A DNA stretch of 48,574 nt from Deltaproteobacteria bacterium (GTDB lineage: Bacteria; Desulfobacterota; Deferrimicrobia; J040), in contig WVXK01000002.1 in assembly GCA_011773515.1 (NCBI GenBank), positions 1 to 48,574 on the forward strand. Reading direction: 5' to 3'. Positions 1-13,310 of the stretch are shown in pieces. The position numbers and the translations under genes were made by a program. Numbering within the stretch: position 1 is the stretch's first letter; each line of letters opens with the position of its first letter. The notes beneath the pieces were generated by a model that was not told the origin of the DNA, made no database searches, and was given only the letters and a program-made list of their open reading frames with translations.

Positions 1-1004
1 TAATCGAGGACCTCGTCGAAGTTGTTGCCAACAGCCTTGAGCGCTGCGCTGTTTTTTGGACCCAAATACCCTTTTATGGAAAATATCAGCCTTTCGCCCG
101 GCTTTATCTCTCTTTTGTCTCGCGCGACCGTTACGTGGAGGCCCTCCTCGCCTATCGGGTTGGCCTCGATAACCTTCGCCGGCTCATCGGGAATGCACCC
201 CATGGTAAAGTACTTGCTGTCCACGGCCACCCAGTTGGCATAGGTCTTGGGGCCCTTCCCCTTGCTTATCTTCTTTATGGTGAACCTCTTGACGTCCGTG
301 CCGATTTGCGCCACGAGCCCCTTGAAGGAATACCGGTCTCCCGCCAGCGCCCCACTGTAGACCTGTGAGATCTCCAGGCCCGGGACAACCTGCATGCTGT
401 AGGGGGTTGTGTTGTGATATTCCGTCACCATATCGACCAGGTAGGAGTCCCGGTAAAATGTGTAGGTCCGTTGGATCTTGAATCCCTCGCGGGAGCTCCA
501 GGTGAGGGTGAGCGCTCCCTTCTCCTCCTGGACGATATCCAGGGATTGCTTGTCGGCCTGAAAAACGAAGTCGGCGGGCAGGGGGGGGCTGAAGTTGCCC
601 AGCAACATATCAAAGGGCAGGGGCCTTAGGCTTCCCTCCCCGACGATATTCACCGGTACCCCCTCTTTGCCGGGGCTATCGCGGTACTTTTTGAGGTCGA
701 AGTGCTCGAACCCCCCGCCGCTGGTACGCAGCAGGGCCCGGTAGCGGGGAGTCTCCACCTTGATAGATCGGGGCGCCTTCTTTTCTGCGGGTCTCAGCGC
801 ACCCGTGTCGACCCTCGGCTTCTCCGGCACCTCTTGTATCTGTTCCCCCGGCGGTTTCACCAGGGCCCCCGTTTCGGGAGGCTTCACCTCTTCCACCTGC
901 TCTGGTTCTCCGGGGCTTCGCTTCTGCTGCTTCTGCATGTACATCTGAAAGGCAAACAGAACCGCGAGAGACAGCACCATCGCTAATAGCGTTCTCTTGA
1001 CCAT
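1..1004 (-). CDS. yidC: membrane protein insertase YidC, N-terminal part (3' end runs off the left edge)
   Basis: Hand translation of the minus strand from ATG at 1004-1002 gives [36 protein letters not shown]...[27 protein letters not shown]...[14 protein letters not shown]. It stays open to position 1 and shows a membrane anchor followed by a large periplasmic region, as in diderm YidC. The order rpmH-rnpA-yidD-yidC is canonical. It is absent from the ORF track because no stop lies inside the window. Confidence 0.8.
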   Translation of the reverse strand, partial: MVKRTLLAMVLSLAVLFAFQMYMQKQQKRSPGEPEQVEEVKPPETGALVKPPGEQIQEVPEKPRVDTGALRPAEKKAPRSIKVETPRYRALLRTSGGGFEHFDLKKYRDSPGKEGVPVNIVGEGSLRPLPFDMLLGNFSPPLPADFVFQADKQSLDIVQEEKGALTLTWSSREGFKIQRTYTFYRDSYLVDMVTEYHNTTPYSMQVVPGLEISQVYSGALAGDRYSFKGLVAQIGTDVKRFTIKKISKGKGPKTYANWVAVDSKYFTMGCIPDEPAKVIEANPIGEEGLHVTVARDKREIKPGERLIFSIKGYLGPKNSAALKAVGNNFDEVLD

Positions 1005-1246
1005 TTCCAAACCTTTCTTCTGATGTTCTTGGGGAAATCGACTCCGCCGGGAAAGAGGGGGCTGCACCGGAGAATCCTGGCTACTCCCTGCAAAAGGCCG
1101 ATGATCGACCCGTTAAGCAAAACCGCCTCGATCATGTATTCAGAGCAGGTGGGATAATACCTGCAACACCGGGGCAGCATCGGTGAGAGAATCCTCCTGT
1201 ACGCCCGCACCGCCCCGATTATGGCTCTGCCCGTCATATCAGGCAT
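983..1246 (-). CDS. yidD: membrane protein insertion efficiency factor YidD
   Basis: The ORF 983..1297 contains the YidD signature [25 protein letters not shown] prefer the internal start [13 protein letters not shown] at 1246, which overlaps the rnpA stop by 8 nt and gives a typical size of about 87 aa. The 1297 start would overlap rnpA by 59 nt. Confidence 0.85.
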   Translation of the reverse strand: MPDMTGRAIIGAVRAYRRILSPMLPRCCRYYPTCSEYMIEAVLLNGSIIGLLQGVARILRCSPLFPGGVDFPKNIRRKVWKWSRERY

Positions 1247-1598
1247 CGTCCTCACCGTCAAGCGATCCCAGAGCCGCCCGAAACTCTCCCGCCACATCCT
1301 CCAGGCCGCGAATGCCCTTTAAGTCCTTCACGATTGCCACCATGTCAATGCCCTCGGGAAGGCCCGCCTTTTCCAGGCGGAAGGTTTCCCTGAGTAGCCG
1401 CTTGATTCTGCTCCTTCTTGCCGCCCCTCCTACTCTGCGGCTGATGGAAATGCCGAGCCTCCTTTTTCCCTCATCCTTTCGATATACGTAAAAAATGAAG
1501 TGGTGGGTAACAATCCTCCTGCCTGACGAGAGCACCTTCTTGAATTCGGAGGGCCTTCGTAATCGCTCTTCCCTGCCAAAACCAAATAGCTTTGCCAT
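1239..1598 (-). CDS. rnpA: ribonuclease P protein component
   Basis: A 119-aa basic protein ([27 protein letters not shown]...[23 protein letters not shown]) located immediately downstream of rpmH. Confidence 0.9.
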   Translation of the reverse strand: MAKLFGFGREERLRRPSEFKKVLSSGRRIVTHHFIFYVYRKDEGKRRLGISISRRVGGAARRSRIKRLLRETFRLEKAGLPEGIDMVAIVKDLKGIRGLEDVAGEFRAALGSLDGEDDA

Positions 1599-1605
1599 CT
1601 ACTTT

Positions 1606-1758
1606 CTATTGCTTCCCGCCGGCAACCGCAGCGAGCCGTTTTCTTCCCTTGGCTCTCCTTCGTCTCAGAATTCGTCTCCCCCCCGCTGTTGACATTCTCT
1701 TTCTGAAGCCGTGTTTCCTGTGCATTCTCAGGTTGGAGGGCTGGTACGTCCGCTTCAT
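1606..1758 (-). CDS. rpmH: 50S ribosomal protein L34
   Basis: Hand translation from ATG at 1758-1756 gives [50 protein letters not shown] (50 aa, TAG at 1608-1606). This is a near-consensus L34. It falls below the ORF-track size cutoff, and the track shows only an out-of-frame 111-aa ORF here. Confidence 0.93.
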   Translation of the reverse strand: MKRTYQPSNLRMHRKHGFRKRMSTAGGRRILRRRRAKGRKRLAAVAGGKQ

Positions 1759-2051
1759 CTCTCACCTCGCTATCAGAACTCGACCAAGTGATATAGTCTA
1801 TTTTTCCTTTATCACAAAAGTCAACAACAAATACAGCCCCCCTTCTCTTCCCACGCCGGGCGGGAGGGAGAAATATTTTTTTACTTTCTTCTTGAAAACC
1901 CCCCTTCCCTGTGCTAATCTTCCAACTACTTCGTTGTGAGAATCAAGGGTTAACCTACCTCTTAAGGGAACATATTTGCCGCAGAGCGTTTTTTTGGCTG
2001 TTTTATTTTGGGGAGGGGTCTTTTTCGCTTAAAACACAGGGGCTTGCAGAC

Positions 2052-2071
2052 TTATCCACAGATGTGGACAA
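2052..2071. promoter_or_regulatory. inverted pair of DnaA boxes upstream of dnaA (likely autoregulatory operator or origin element)
   Basis: A perfect TTATCCACA lies at 2052-2060. Two nucleotides later TGTGGACAA at 2063-2071 is the reverse complement of TTGTCCACA (8/9 match). The pair sits about 90 nt upstream of the dnaA start. Confidence 0.7.
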
Positions 2072-2159
2072 GCCTGTTAATAACTTTTATCCCTGCGAGA
2101 ATCTAGTGTCCTTGAATTGAACCGATTATTGCCTTGTTAGGGAGTGAAAAGGTGCGTTT

Positions 2160-3494
2160 TTGAAGTTTTGGGAAGACATACTGCTGGAGCTCGAGAAAAA
2201 CCTCTCAGATCAGGTCGTGGACACATGGTTCAGGCCCCTGCGATATGTTGCCTTCGAGAATAAGAGCCTCTTGATGGAAGCGCCCCATCGGTTCTTCCGC
2301 GAGTGGATCGAGGAAAACTACCTGGAGCAGTTCCTTGCCACGGCTTCCCGTGTTGCCGGCAGCGAAATCTCCGTGCGGTTCATCGCAAACGACTGGGAGG
2401 AGAACGGCAACGCCATCTTCGATGGTCGGCCGCTGACACCGCATCCCCCCGAACCGGCAAGAGACCGGGTCTCCACCATTCTCAACCCCCAGTATACCTT
2501 TGAAAACTTCGTCGTCGGGCACAGCAATCAGTTCGCCAATGCGGCCTGCCTGGCCGTCGCGACGAACCCGGCAAGGCACTACAACCCGCTCTTTATCTAC
2601 GGTGGCGTGGGCCTGGGAAAAACGCACCTGTTAAACGCCATCGGGAACCACGCGCTCAATAACAACCCGACCGGGAAGGTATGCTTCATGAGCTCGGAGA
2701 AGTTCACCAACGAGCTCATCACATCGATTCGCTTTCAGAAGATAGATCTCTTCCGGGAGAAGTTCAGGAGCGTCGACATACTCCTCATTGACGACGTTCA
2801 GTTCATTGCCGGTAAAGAGCGGACGCAGGAGGAGTTCTTCCACACCTTCAACGACCTCTACAACTCCAACAAGCAGATCGTGGTCACATCGGACAACCTC
2901 CCAAAAGACATACAGGATCTCGAAGAGCGGCTGCGCTCCCGCTTCGAGTGGGGGCTCATCGCCGATATACAGCTTCCCGACGTAGAGACGAAAGTCGCGA
3001 TCCTCAAGAAGAAAGCCGAGATGCTCCGCATCGCGCTTCCCGACGACGTTGCTTTCTTCCTCGCATCGTCCGTGAAATCAAACATCAGGGAACTCGAAGG
3101 ATCGCTGAAGAGGCTCCACGCATACTCTTCCCTCGCAAACAGGGACATAACGCTGAATCTCTCCAAGGAGGTCCTCTCCAGCATGCTCCCGGAGGGAGAC
3201 AGGAACATATCCCCCGACCTGATCATGAAGGTCGTTGCGAGCTTCTTCCAGACGAAGATGTCGGACCTCAAGTCGAGCAGGAAACACAAGGTAATCACCC
3301 ACCCGCGTCAGATTGGCATGTACCTGATGCGCCAGTTCACCAACCTCTCGCTGCCCGAGATCGGCCAGAAGTTTGGAGGGAGGGACCACTCGACGGTTAT
3401 CCACGCCGTGAAGAAGATAGAGAGCAGGATAGCCGAGGACCCGCAGACCCAGCAGATCGTCGACAATCTAATCAACCTCCTGAAGAGTTCCTGA
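2160..3494 (+). CDS. dnaA: chromosomal replication initiator protein DnaA
   Basis: 444 aa with a TTG start and a GGGAG upstream. It has the AAA+ Walker A motif GGVGLGKTHLLNAIG, Walker B LLIDDVQF, and the C-terminal DNA-binding motif GGRDHSTVIHAVKKI. Confidence 0.97.
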   Translation: MKFWEDILLELEKNLSDQVVDTWFRPLRYVAFENKSLLMEAPHRFFREWIEENYLEQFLATASRVAGSEISVRFIANDWEENGNAIFDGRPLTPHPPEPARDRVSTILNPQYTFENFVVGHSNQFANAACLAVATNPARHYNPLFIYGGVGLGKTHLLNAIGNHALNNNPTGKVCFMSSEKFTNELITSIRFQKIDLFREKFRSVDILLIDDVQFIAGKERTQEEFFHTFNDLYNSNKQIVVTSDNLPKDIQDLEERLRSRFEWGLIADIQLPDVETKVAILKKKAEMLRIALPDDVAFFLASSVKSNIRELEGSLKRLHAYSSLANRDITLNLSKEVLSSMLPEGDRNISPDLIMKVVASFFQTKMSDLKSSRKHKVITHPRQIGMYLMRQFTNLSLPEIGQKFGGRDHSTVIHAVKKIESRIAEDPQTQQIVDNLINLLKSS

Positions 3495-3737
3495 TACTCC
3501 GGAGTGGAAATGCTGTGAACAAGCCTGTTTATAGTATCCCCTTTTCTGTGGATAAAAGATCAGGCAATGCAAATCTTGCAAGATGTGGTATAAACAGGTA
3601 CGGTATTCAACAGCGGTGATAACAAAATTCATCCAAAAGAACGACCAGTTGGACACCTGTTCACAATTTCACAGCCCTTACTACTACTATTGAATTTATA
3701 AATATACTTAATACCAAAAGAGAGAGGGGTGGATAAC
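3495..3737. other. candidate oriC (dnaA-dnaN spacer with DnaA boxes and an AT-rich unwinding element)
   Basis: A perfect TGTGGATAA lies at 3547-3555. Degenerate boxes are TGTGAACAA (3514-3522), TGTGGTATA (3584-3592), CTGTTCACA (about 3657-3665) and GGTGGATAA (3728-3736). The stretch 3688-3716 (ctattgaatttataaatatacttaatacc) is markedly AT-rich in an otherwise GC-rich genome. Confidence 0.5.
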
Positions 3738-4859
3738 ATGGAGTTGATCATCAGCAAACAGGCTATTGAAAAGCTTCTCGCCAGGCTTCAGGGTGTTTCG
3801 GAGAAGCGTCATGCCATTCCTGTCCTTTCACACTTCAACCTGGAAACGAGCAAAAACCGGGTAAATGTAACGGCAACGGATCTGGACATCATCATTCGTG
3901 ACTTTTGCGAAGCAGATGTAAAGAAAGAGGGGGGATACCTGATACCGACGCGAAAACTTCTCGATGTGGTGCGGGTGCTTCCCACCGAGACGGTTACGGT
4001 GAAACTTCTGGAAAACGGATTTGTGGAGGTAGTTTCGGGAAAGAGCAAGTTCAAGATCGCCGGCCTGCCGGTGAAGGAGTTTCCCGATCTCCCCGGAAAG
4101 GAGGAGGGAGAGTCGTTTACGATCCAGGCCGCGGTTCTGAAGTTCATGATAGACAGGGTGATAAGCTTCACGTCGACGGAAGACACGCGTATCGAGGTGT
4201 CGGGGGTGTTCTTCGAAAAGGTAGACACGGGGGAAGGAGAAAAGCTCCGCCTCGTCGCTACCGACGGGCACCGGCTCGCCTACGTCGAGGAGAGGGTCGA
4301 CGGTTTGCCGGAGAGGCTCAGAGAGGGGATCATCGTTCCGAGGAAGGGTGTTGGCGAGCTCCGGAAGATGATAGACGAGATCGCAGGGGACGTGTCTGTC
4401 AGCGTGGGAGAGAACTTTCTCAGCGGCAGCCTGGATGGATCGGAGATAACAATCCGGCTCATCGGCGCAGAGTTCCCCGTGTACCGGGAAGTGATACCCG
4501 GTGCGTTTTCGAGGAAGGCCGTGGTGGACCGTGAGAAATTCAGCGAAGTGCTCCGAAGGGTATCGGTGATAGCAACGGAAAAGCTGAAATCCGTTATCCT
4601 CAGCCTCGAGGGAACCGAGATGGAAGTGTCCTCTGTGAGCCCCGATTACGGTGAAGCGAGCGACTACATCGATGTGAAGCTGGAGGGTGATGGGCTGAGG
4701 ATTGGTTTCAACGCGCGGTATCTCCTCGACGTGACCGCAGCGTCGGGGGGGGAGAATCTCGTCATAGACATATCGAACGAGCTGTCACCGGTTCTTTTCA
4801 GACCCGAGGGGAGGGATGACTTCGTAGCCGTCGTGATGCCCATCAGGACGGCCGTGTAG
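3738..4859 (+). CDS. dnaN: DNA polymerase III beta sliding clamp
   Basis: MELIISKQAIEKLLARLQGVSEKRHAIPVLSHFNLE...LVATDGHRLA...PVLFRP, with three-domain clamp length. I prefer the ATG at 3738, which has GAGAGGGG 8-10 nt upstream, over the GTG at 3729. Confidence 0.95.
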   Translation: MELIISKQAIEKLLARLQGVSEKRHAIPVLSHFNLETSKNRVNVTATDLDIIIRDFCEADVKKEGGYLIPTRKLLDVVRVLPTETVTVKLLENGFVEVVSGKSKFKIAGLPVKEFPDLPGKEEGESFTIQAAVLKFMIDRVISFTSTEDTRIEVSGVFFEKVDTGEGEKLRLVATDGHRLAYVEERVDGLPERLREGIIVPRKGVGELRKMIDEIAGDVSVSVGENFLSGSLDGSEITIRLIGAEFPVYREVIPGAFSRKAVVDREKFSEVLRRVSVIATEKLKSVILSLEGTEMEVSSVSPDYGEASDYIDVKLEGDGLRIGFNARYLLDVTAASGGENLVIDISNELSPVLFRPEGRDDFVAVVMPIRTAV

Positions 4860-4862
4860 GGA

Positions 4863-5930
4863 ATGTTTCTGTCTTACCTCGAGCTCGAGAACTTTCGGAA
4901 CATCGGGTCCCAGGGGATAAACCTTCAGCGGGGGATAACCGTCCTCTGGGGTGAAAACGGGGGCGGGAAGACGAACATCCTCGAGTCGATCTACTTTCTC
5001 TCCTACCTGCGCCCCCTTCGGCGCGGCGGCGTTGCCCAGCTCGTCCGGCATGGCGAGAGGGAGTCCCGGATAACCGGGAAAGTGAGAAGCGGCAGGGATG
5101 GCGAGGATCTCAGCGTTTTCCTGAAGCGGGGCGAACGGGTCACCGCGCTGCGGCAGAACAAGAGGGCGGCGAGCTTCAGGGAGTACGTGGGAGGCCTCTA
5201 CAGCGTCGCCTTCGTGCCGGAGGATATCAGGGAGCTCTTCGGCCCACCCCCGGGCAGAAGACGGCTTATCGACCAGAGCGCCGCAATGGGAAAGCCCCTT
5301 CACCTCGATGTCCTCATGGCCTACCTGCAGTGCCTGCGGCAGCGCAACAGGCTCCTCTTCCTCATCCGGGAGGGGCGGGCGGAAGAGTCCACCCTCGAGC
5401 CCTTCGACAGGGAGATGAGCCGCCTTTCCATGGAGCTGTCCTCGCGCAGGAGGGAAGCGCTCCAGAAGATAGAGGGGCACTTTCAGTCCTGCTACGAAGC
5501 GATTGACGGTGAGGGCCGGGTGCGCCTGGAGGGAAAAATAGCCTTCGACGAGCAGGAGTTTGCGCGCTCGAGGGCCCGGGACATAGAGAGAGGCGCATCG
5601 ACCTACGGCCCTCACAGAGATGACTTTTCTGTGCTGGTGGACGGCGAGGACGGGAGGCTCTTTGCCTCACAGGGAAAAAAGAGGGTCATTGCCGTTGCCT
5701 TCAGGCTTTCCCAGGCGCTTCTCCTCCATGATCTTTCCGGCCGGAGCCCGGTCATGCTGCTCGACGACATAACCTCCGAGATAGACCCCGGGAGGAGAAG
5801 GAGGCTCCTTAATATGATAGAGAAGCTGGGATTTCAGACCATCGTGACAACGACCGACGCGACCCTTATCCGCGAAGGATTTTCTCGCGAAGTGAGAGCT
5901 TTAAAGGTTCAAAAGGGAAGCATTCTGTAG
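4863..5930 (+). CDS. recF: DNA replication and repair protein RecF
   Basis: LELENFRN...LWGENGGGKTNILESIYFLS (Walker A), the SMC-like signature SQGKKRVIAVAFRL, and Walker B MLLDDITSEID. The dnaA-dnaN-recF-gyrB synteny supports the call. Confidence 0.93.
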   Translation: MFLSYLELENFRNIGSQGINLQRGITVLWGENGGGKTNILESIYFLSYLRPLRRGGVAQLVRHGERESRITGKVRSGRDGEDLSVFLKRGERVTALRQNKRAASFREYVGGLYSVAFVPEDIRELFGPPPGRRRLIDQSAAMGKPLHLDVLMAYLQCLRQRNRLLFLIREGRAEESTLEPFDREMSRLSMELSSRRREALQKIEGHFQSCYEAIDGEGRVRLEGKIAFDEQEFARSRARDIERGASTYGPHRDDFSVLVDGEDGRLFASQGKKRVIAVAFRLSQALLLHDLSGRSPVMLLDDITSEIDPGRRRRLLNMIEKLGFQTIVTTTDATLIREGFSREVRALKVQKGSIL

Positions 5931-5949
5931 TAAAATAGATTGGTTTTAA

Positions 5950-8430
<2,481 letters not shown>

Positions 8431-8482
8431 TAATTACACGTTGGCCAACCGTTAACAGGAACCAAGACAGGGAGTTTGTCCC

Positions 8483-10912
8483 ATGGAGCCGGGAAAAAAC
8501 ATACATTCGGTGACTATCGAAGACGAGATGAAGCGCTCCTACCTGGATTACGCCATGAGCGTCATCGTGGGGAGAGCGCTCCCTGACGTGCGGGATGGCC
8601 TCAAGCCCGTCCACCGGCGCATACTTTTCGCCATGAACGAGCTCGGCAACGACTGGAACAAGCCGTACAAGAAGTCGGCACGGATCGTCGGGGACGTGAT
8701 CGGGAAGTTTCACCCCCACGGGGACACTGCCGTGTACGATGCCCTTGTGAGGATGGTTCAGGACTTTTCCCTCAGGTATCCCCTCGTTGACGGACAGGGG
8801 AACTTCGGCTCCGTCGACGGTGACGCTCCTGCCGCGATGCGGTACACGGAGGTCCGCCTTCAGAAGATAGCGGGCGAGCTTCTGCGCGATATAGAGAAGG
8901 AAACGGTCGATAAAGTCCCCAATTACGACGGGTCCCTGGATGAACCGACGGTCCTGCCCGCCAGGATTCCGAACCTGATCGTCAACGGTGCAACCGGCAT
9001 TGCCGTGGGGATGGCGACGAGCATCCCGCCACACAATCTGAGCGAGGTGATCGACGCGCTCGTCGCGCTCATCGCGAACCCCCACATCGCCAATGAGGAG
9101 ATGATGCAGTTCGTGCGGGGCCCCGATTTTCCCACGGGCGCCATCATCTACGGCACGGAGGGGATCAGGGAGGCGTACAGGACCGGGAGGGGGTCGGTCA
9201 CGATCCGGGCCCGCGCCTACATGGAGCAGGCCAAGAGGGGGGACCGGGTGAGCATCATCGTGTCGGAAATCCCCTATCAGGTAAACAAGGCACGGCTCAT
9301 CGAAAAGGTTGCCGATCTCGTGAAAAACAGGCAGATCGAGGAAATTTCCGATATCAGGGACGAGTCGGACAAGGAGGGGACGAGGATCGTCTTCGAGCTC
9401 AAAAAGGACTCCATCCCCGAGGTGGTCCTGAACAAGCTCTACAAGAACACCCAGATGCAGACCAGTTTCGGGATCCAGTTCCTGGCCATAGCAAACAACC
9501 AGCCGAAGACCTTCGCCCTGAAAGAGCTCCTCTCGGAATTCATCCTCTACAGAAAGGAGATCGTAACACGCAGAACGCTCTTTGACCTCGAAAAGGCGAG
9601 GGGAAGGGCGCATATCCTGGAGGGGTTGCTGATCGCCCTGGCCAACCTGGACGCAGTTATCGAACTCATCAAAAAGTCGAAAGACCCCAAAGTGGCCAGG
9701 GTCGGCCTGATGGAGAGATTTTCCCTCTCAGACAAACAGGCGGGGGCCATTCTCGAGATGAGGCTCCAGCGGTTGACGGGCCTCGAGAGGCAGAAAATAA
9801 AGGATGAGTACGCCGAGATCAAGAAAACGATCACGACCCTCGAGGCGGTACTGGCAGACGAGAAAGTAATGATGAAAGTCATCGCCGATGAGCTCATCGA
9901 GGTGCGGGAGATGTACGGCGACGAGAGAAAATCCCAGATCATCGAAGAGACGGAGGATCTGGGCATAGAGGACCTGATCGTCGATGAGGAGATGGTGGTA
10001 ACCGTTTCCCACAGTGACTACATAAAGAGAAACCCCATCAGCTTCTACCGGGCCCAGAGGCGCGGAGGGCGCGGCAAGATCGGGATGGCCACCCGTGCCG
10101 AGGACTTTGTGTCGAAACTCTTCATTGCCACCATGCACTCCTATCTTCTGTTCTTCAGTGACCGGGGAAGAGTCTACTGGCGCAAGGTCCACGAGATCCC
10201 GGAAGCGTCGCGCACGGCAAAGGGAAGGGCTATTGTCAATCTCCTCCGCCTTCAGCCGGGTGAGAACATAACGGCCGTTCTTCCCGTCCGGGAATTCGAG
10301 CCGGGGAACTACATCATCATGGCCACGGAGCGGGGCCTGATCAAAAAGACGGACATGATGGATTTCAGCCGGCCCCGGAGCACGGGTATCATCGCCATAT
10401 CGCTGAGGGACGAGGACCGGCTGATCGAGGCGGCGATATCATCGGGAGAGGACGAGGTAATTCTCTCTACCCGCAGGGGGCTTTCCATACGATTCAGCGA
10501 GAAGGACGTTCGGGGGATGGGGAGGCAGGCCACGGGCGTCAAGGCGGTGAATCTGGGCAAGGATGACATCGTGGTGAGCATGAAGATCGTCAGAGGGGGC
10601 GGGACGATCATGACCGTTACCGAGCTCGGATACGGGAAGCGCACGCCGGAGAGCGACTACCGGAAGCAGTCCAGGGGAGGAAAGGGTATAATCACCCTGA
10701 GGGTGACGGGAAAGACGGGACACGTGATCGGCTCGATATTCGTTAGCGATGACGACAACCTCATGCTGATTTCAGATAAGGGGAAAATCATCCGAATAAG
10801 GGTAAATGAGGTGCGTGTGGTCGGCAGGAATACCCAGGGAGTGAGACTGATGGAGATGGAGGAGGAGGACAGGCTGAAGGCGATAGACCGACTTGCGGAG
10901 AAAGAGGAATGA
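8483..10912 (+). CDS. gyrA: DNA gyrase subunit A
   Basis: [29 protein letters not shown], the QRDR-like [22 protein letters not shown] containing the catalytic Tyr, and a C-terminal beta-pinwheel with a GyrA-box-like QRRGGRGK. Confidence 0.97.
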   Translation: MEPGKNIHSVTIEDEMKRSYLDYAMSVIVGRALPDVRDGLKPVHRRILFAMNELGNDWNKPYKKSARIVGDVIGKFHPHGDTAVYDALVRMVQDFSLRYPLVDGQGNFGSVDGDAPAAMRYTEVRLQKIAGELLRDIEKETVDKVPNYDGSLDEPTVLPARIPNLIVNGATGIAVGMATSIPPHNLSEVIDALVALIANPHIANEEMMQFVRGPDFPTGAIIYGTEGIREAYRTGRGSVTIRARAYMEQAKRGDRVSIIVSEIPYQVNKARLIEKVADLVKNRQIEEISDIRDESDKEGTRIVFELKKDSIPEVVLNKLYKNTQMQTSFGIQFLAIANNQPKTFALKELLSEFILYRKEIVTRRTLFDLEKARGRAHILEGLLIALANLDAVIELIKKSKDPKVARVGLMERFSLSDKQAGAILEMRLQRLTGLERQKIKDEYAEIKKTITTLEAVLADEKVMMKVIADELIEVREMYGDERKSQIIEETEDLGIEDLIVDEEMVVTVSHSDYIKRNPISFYRAQRRGGRGKIGMATRAEDFVSKLFIATMHSYLLFFSDRGRVYWRKVHEIPEASRTAKGRAIVNLLRLQPGENITAVLPVREFEPGNYIIMATERGLIKKTDMMDFSRPRSTGIIAISLRDEDRLIEAAISSGEDEVILSTRRGLSIRFSEKDVRGMGRQATGVKAVNLGKDDIVVSMKIVRGGGTIMTVTELGYGKRTPESDYRKQSRGGKGIITLRVTGKTGHVIGSIFVSDDDNLMLISDKGKIIRIRVNEVRVVGRNTQGVRLMEMEEEDRLKAIDRLAEKEE

Positions 10913-11742
10913 CGCCTAGAGCGCTGAGAGGATTTGCCTGCGCCGTTCTCCTTGCCCTGTGCGCGGGCTGTGCGGAACCGGCAAAGAGGCTCTACGATGA
11001 AGCCGGTGCGAGCGCCAGCCAGGGAAAATGGGACAGGGCAAAGGAGATCTACACCACGCTCCTGGATATGTACCCCCAGTCGCGCTTTGCGCCGGGCGCA
11101 ACGGAGAAGATCGCCGATATTTTCGCCTTCGTCGAGCGGGACTTCGAAGCGGCGATCGAGATGTACGACCTGCTCCTCTACAACTATTCCCAGTCCTCAC
11201 TTGCCCCCGTGGCCCTTATGAAGAAGGCCGAGATATTGAAGGAGCGGAGGCAGGACCCCGTGGCGAGCCAGGAGCTGCTGGAGAGGCTGTACCAGAACTA
11301 CCCCGGCTTCAGCGAGAGGGATCACGTCCTGATTCTCATGGCACGCTGCCTCGAGAGCACGGAAAATTTCACCCGGCAGCGGAAGTATCTCCGGGAGCTC
11401 ATACTCACCTATCCTGATTCCCCTCACGCAGCGGAGGCGCACTACCTCTACGGCATGTCCTGCCTGGCCGACGGGCTCATCGATGAGGCGCTCCTGACGT
11501 TCAAGAACTTTCTCTGCGATTACCGGAACACCCGGTTTGCAGCGAGGGCGGAGATCGGTTACGCGGAAGCGCTTCAGGAGAAGCACGGCAAAAGCGAGGC
11601 GGCGAATTATCTCACGGCGATAATCGATCGCTACTCCACGCCGGAAAGGGGCATCCTGGCGGAGCAGATAAAGGTTCTTCAGAGCAAGGTACCCATCTCC
11701 CGGATCAAAATTCCCGGCAAACGACTCAGGGGGCGACGCTGA
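10909..11742 (+). CDS. TPR-repeat lipoprotein, BamD/YbgF-like
   Basis: The start overlaps the gyrA stop (ATGA). The lipobox is LLALCAGC. The motif Y-P-x-S-x-x-A-x-x-A recurs five times ([30 protein letters not shown] and others), as in BamD/YbgF-type TPR proteins. Confidence 0.7.
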   Translation: MTPRALRGFACAVLLALCAGCAEPAKRLYDEAGASASQGKWDRAKEIYTTLLDMYPQSRFAPGATEKIADIFAFVERDFEAAIEMYDLLLYNYSQSSLAPVALMKKAEILKERRQDPVASQELLERLYQNYPGFSERDHVLILMARCLESTENFTRQRKYLRELILTYPDSPHAAEAHYLYGMSCLADGLIDEALLTFKNFLCDYRNTRFAARAEIGYAEALQEKHGKSEAANYLTAIIDRYSTPERGILAEQIKVLQSKVPISRIKIPGKRLRGRR

Positions 11743-13310
11743 TGGGCGGTAATGTTTACCGCTTCACCCAGAAGGCAAAACTGGAGGATCTGATACGCCT
11801 GGTCGTGGAAAACGACATTTCCGCGGACCGGCTCGAGGAGATCGCGGGCGACATGGTGCGCTTCGGCGACAGTGCCGTCCGGCCGCTTCTTCGGGAGCTC
11901 GACTGTGCAGAAGACGAGGAGAGCTTCAGCCGCCTCACCTACGTGATCGAGTGTCTCCAGAACTCCAGTTTCGTTGCGCCTCTTTTGAAGATGCTCCTGA
12001 CGAGGAAGCTGTCACAATCCTTCCGGGCGCAGATACTCAACGTGCTGCACAATTTCGACGTCGATATATCGGATACCCTCCTCGGAGGGGTTTCGGGTGA
12101 CCTGAGGGTTATGACGGAAAGTTTCGTCGATCTCACGATCCGGGACGAGAATCTCCTGGAGAACTTTCTCGAGGAGTTCCAATACCTGGGCTTCGACCTC
12201 CAGCAGAACATCATTCGGAGAATCGCCTCGACCAAGAGCACCCGCTCGGTGTTCATCCTTTTCATCATCGCCTCGGCGTATAACTCGTCCGTTGCCCTTC
12301 ACGCCGCACGTGAGCTCGGCAGGATCAGGGATGGCATGGCCCTCTCAGCCCTCCGGCGGCTGATAAAGCGCACCCGGAGCCCGGAGGTGAAGATGCAGGC
12401 CGTGCGCTCCGTGCGGAGGCTGGAGCTTCTGGGCGTGAAAAAGGAGAGGAGGTTCTACCGTTTTCCCCAGGGGCCTATCTACCGGGTCGTGGTGAGCCGG
12501 GCGGACGGGATGGACGAGTTCACCGTCACCGTTTCCCGCTTTTACGATGAGAGGAAAAGATCCCTCGCCATGAGCATCTTCCAGGTAAACAGGTCATACG
12601 GCATCGTGGAGTGTTACGGGAATTTCAAGACCTCCCGGAAAGCCTTCGACAGCATCGTATCGGGTTTTGTGCGAGCCCGCAGCTCCCTCGAAGTTCCCTT
12701 CGAGTACGGGCTGCGCCTCATCCGGCACGGGATGTTCCTCACGGAGAAAAACGAGGGGCTCTACCCTGCCGAGATGCACCTCCGGGAGCAGATCCTGGAC
12801 GCGGAAGATGTGTATCCGCAGGAGCACGAACACCTGATCAGGGGCCTGAGCCTGGAGGACGTCAGGGAGAACCTGGCCCTTCTCGAGAAGAGCGCCCACC
12901 TCATTTCCCTGCCCGAGTGTTCCGAGTGGATCCTCACGTCGAAGAGGACCTTCGAGTACGCCGAGGAGCTCGCGAAGGATCCGGCGCCGGAGAAACCATA
13001 CGCGGATGACCCGAAGAAAAGGAGCCTTTTGAAGCAGTACATAAGGGAGTGCCTGTATCCCCTGCGTGATATCATCAGGGAGAGGCTCCTGTTCACGGCG
13101 GAACTGATGCAGCAGGGGGGCAGGTCAGCCAAGCACGTGAGGATGGCCCTCTGTGCGGCCCTCAATATTGGCGAGGGGGGAAATGTCTCCTTTACCCATC
13201 ACCCGTTCATCGAGGCACTGGCGCGGGAGTCCCTCAGGGAGGCGGTAGAGTACCTGAGGGAGGGGGCTGACTATAAGGGTCTGTTCTATGAATACGGGGA
13301 TGAGGAGTGA
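11742..13310 (+). CDS. hypothetical protein, 522 aa (N-terminal HEAT/ARM-like repeats?)
   Basis: A long ORF whose ATG shares one nucleotide with the preceding stop (TGATG). Its composition is protein-like. Helical repeat-like segments (AVRPLLRELD..., ALSALRRLIKRTRSPEVKMQAVRSVRRLELLG) are present, but I recognise no catalytic motif. Confidence 0.6.
   Translation: MGGNVYRFTQKAKLEDLIRLVVENDISADRLEEIAGDMVRFGDSAVRPLLRELDCAEDEESFSRLTYVIECLQNSSFVAPLLKMLLTRKLSQSFRAQILNVLHNFDVDISDTLLGGVSGDLRVMTESFVDLTIRDENLLENFLEEFQYLGFDLQQNIIRRIASTKSTRSVFILFIIASAYNSSVALHAARELGRIRDGMALSALRRLIKRTRSPEVKMQAVRSVRRLELLGVKKERRFYRFPQGPIYRVVVSRADGMDEFTVTVSRFYDERKRSLAMSIFQVNRSYGIVECYGNFKTSRKAFDSIVSGFVRARSSLEVPFEYGLRLIRHGMFLTEKNEGLYPAEMHLREQILDAEDVYPQEHEHLIRGLSLEDVRENLALLEKSAHLISLPECSEWILTSKRTFEYAEELAKDPAPEKPYADDPKKRSLLKQYIRECLYPLRDIIRERLLFTAELMQQGGRSAKHVRMALCAALNIGEGGNVSFTHHPFIEALARESLREAVEYLREGADYKGLFYEYGDEE

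Noticed and set aside
1430-1765. A 111-aa minus-strand ORF spanning the rpmH-rnpA junction.
   Set aside because: It is out of frame with both real genes. The correct frame gives a near-consensus 50-aa L34 (1606..1758) and RnpA (1239..1598).
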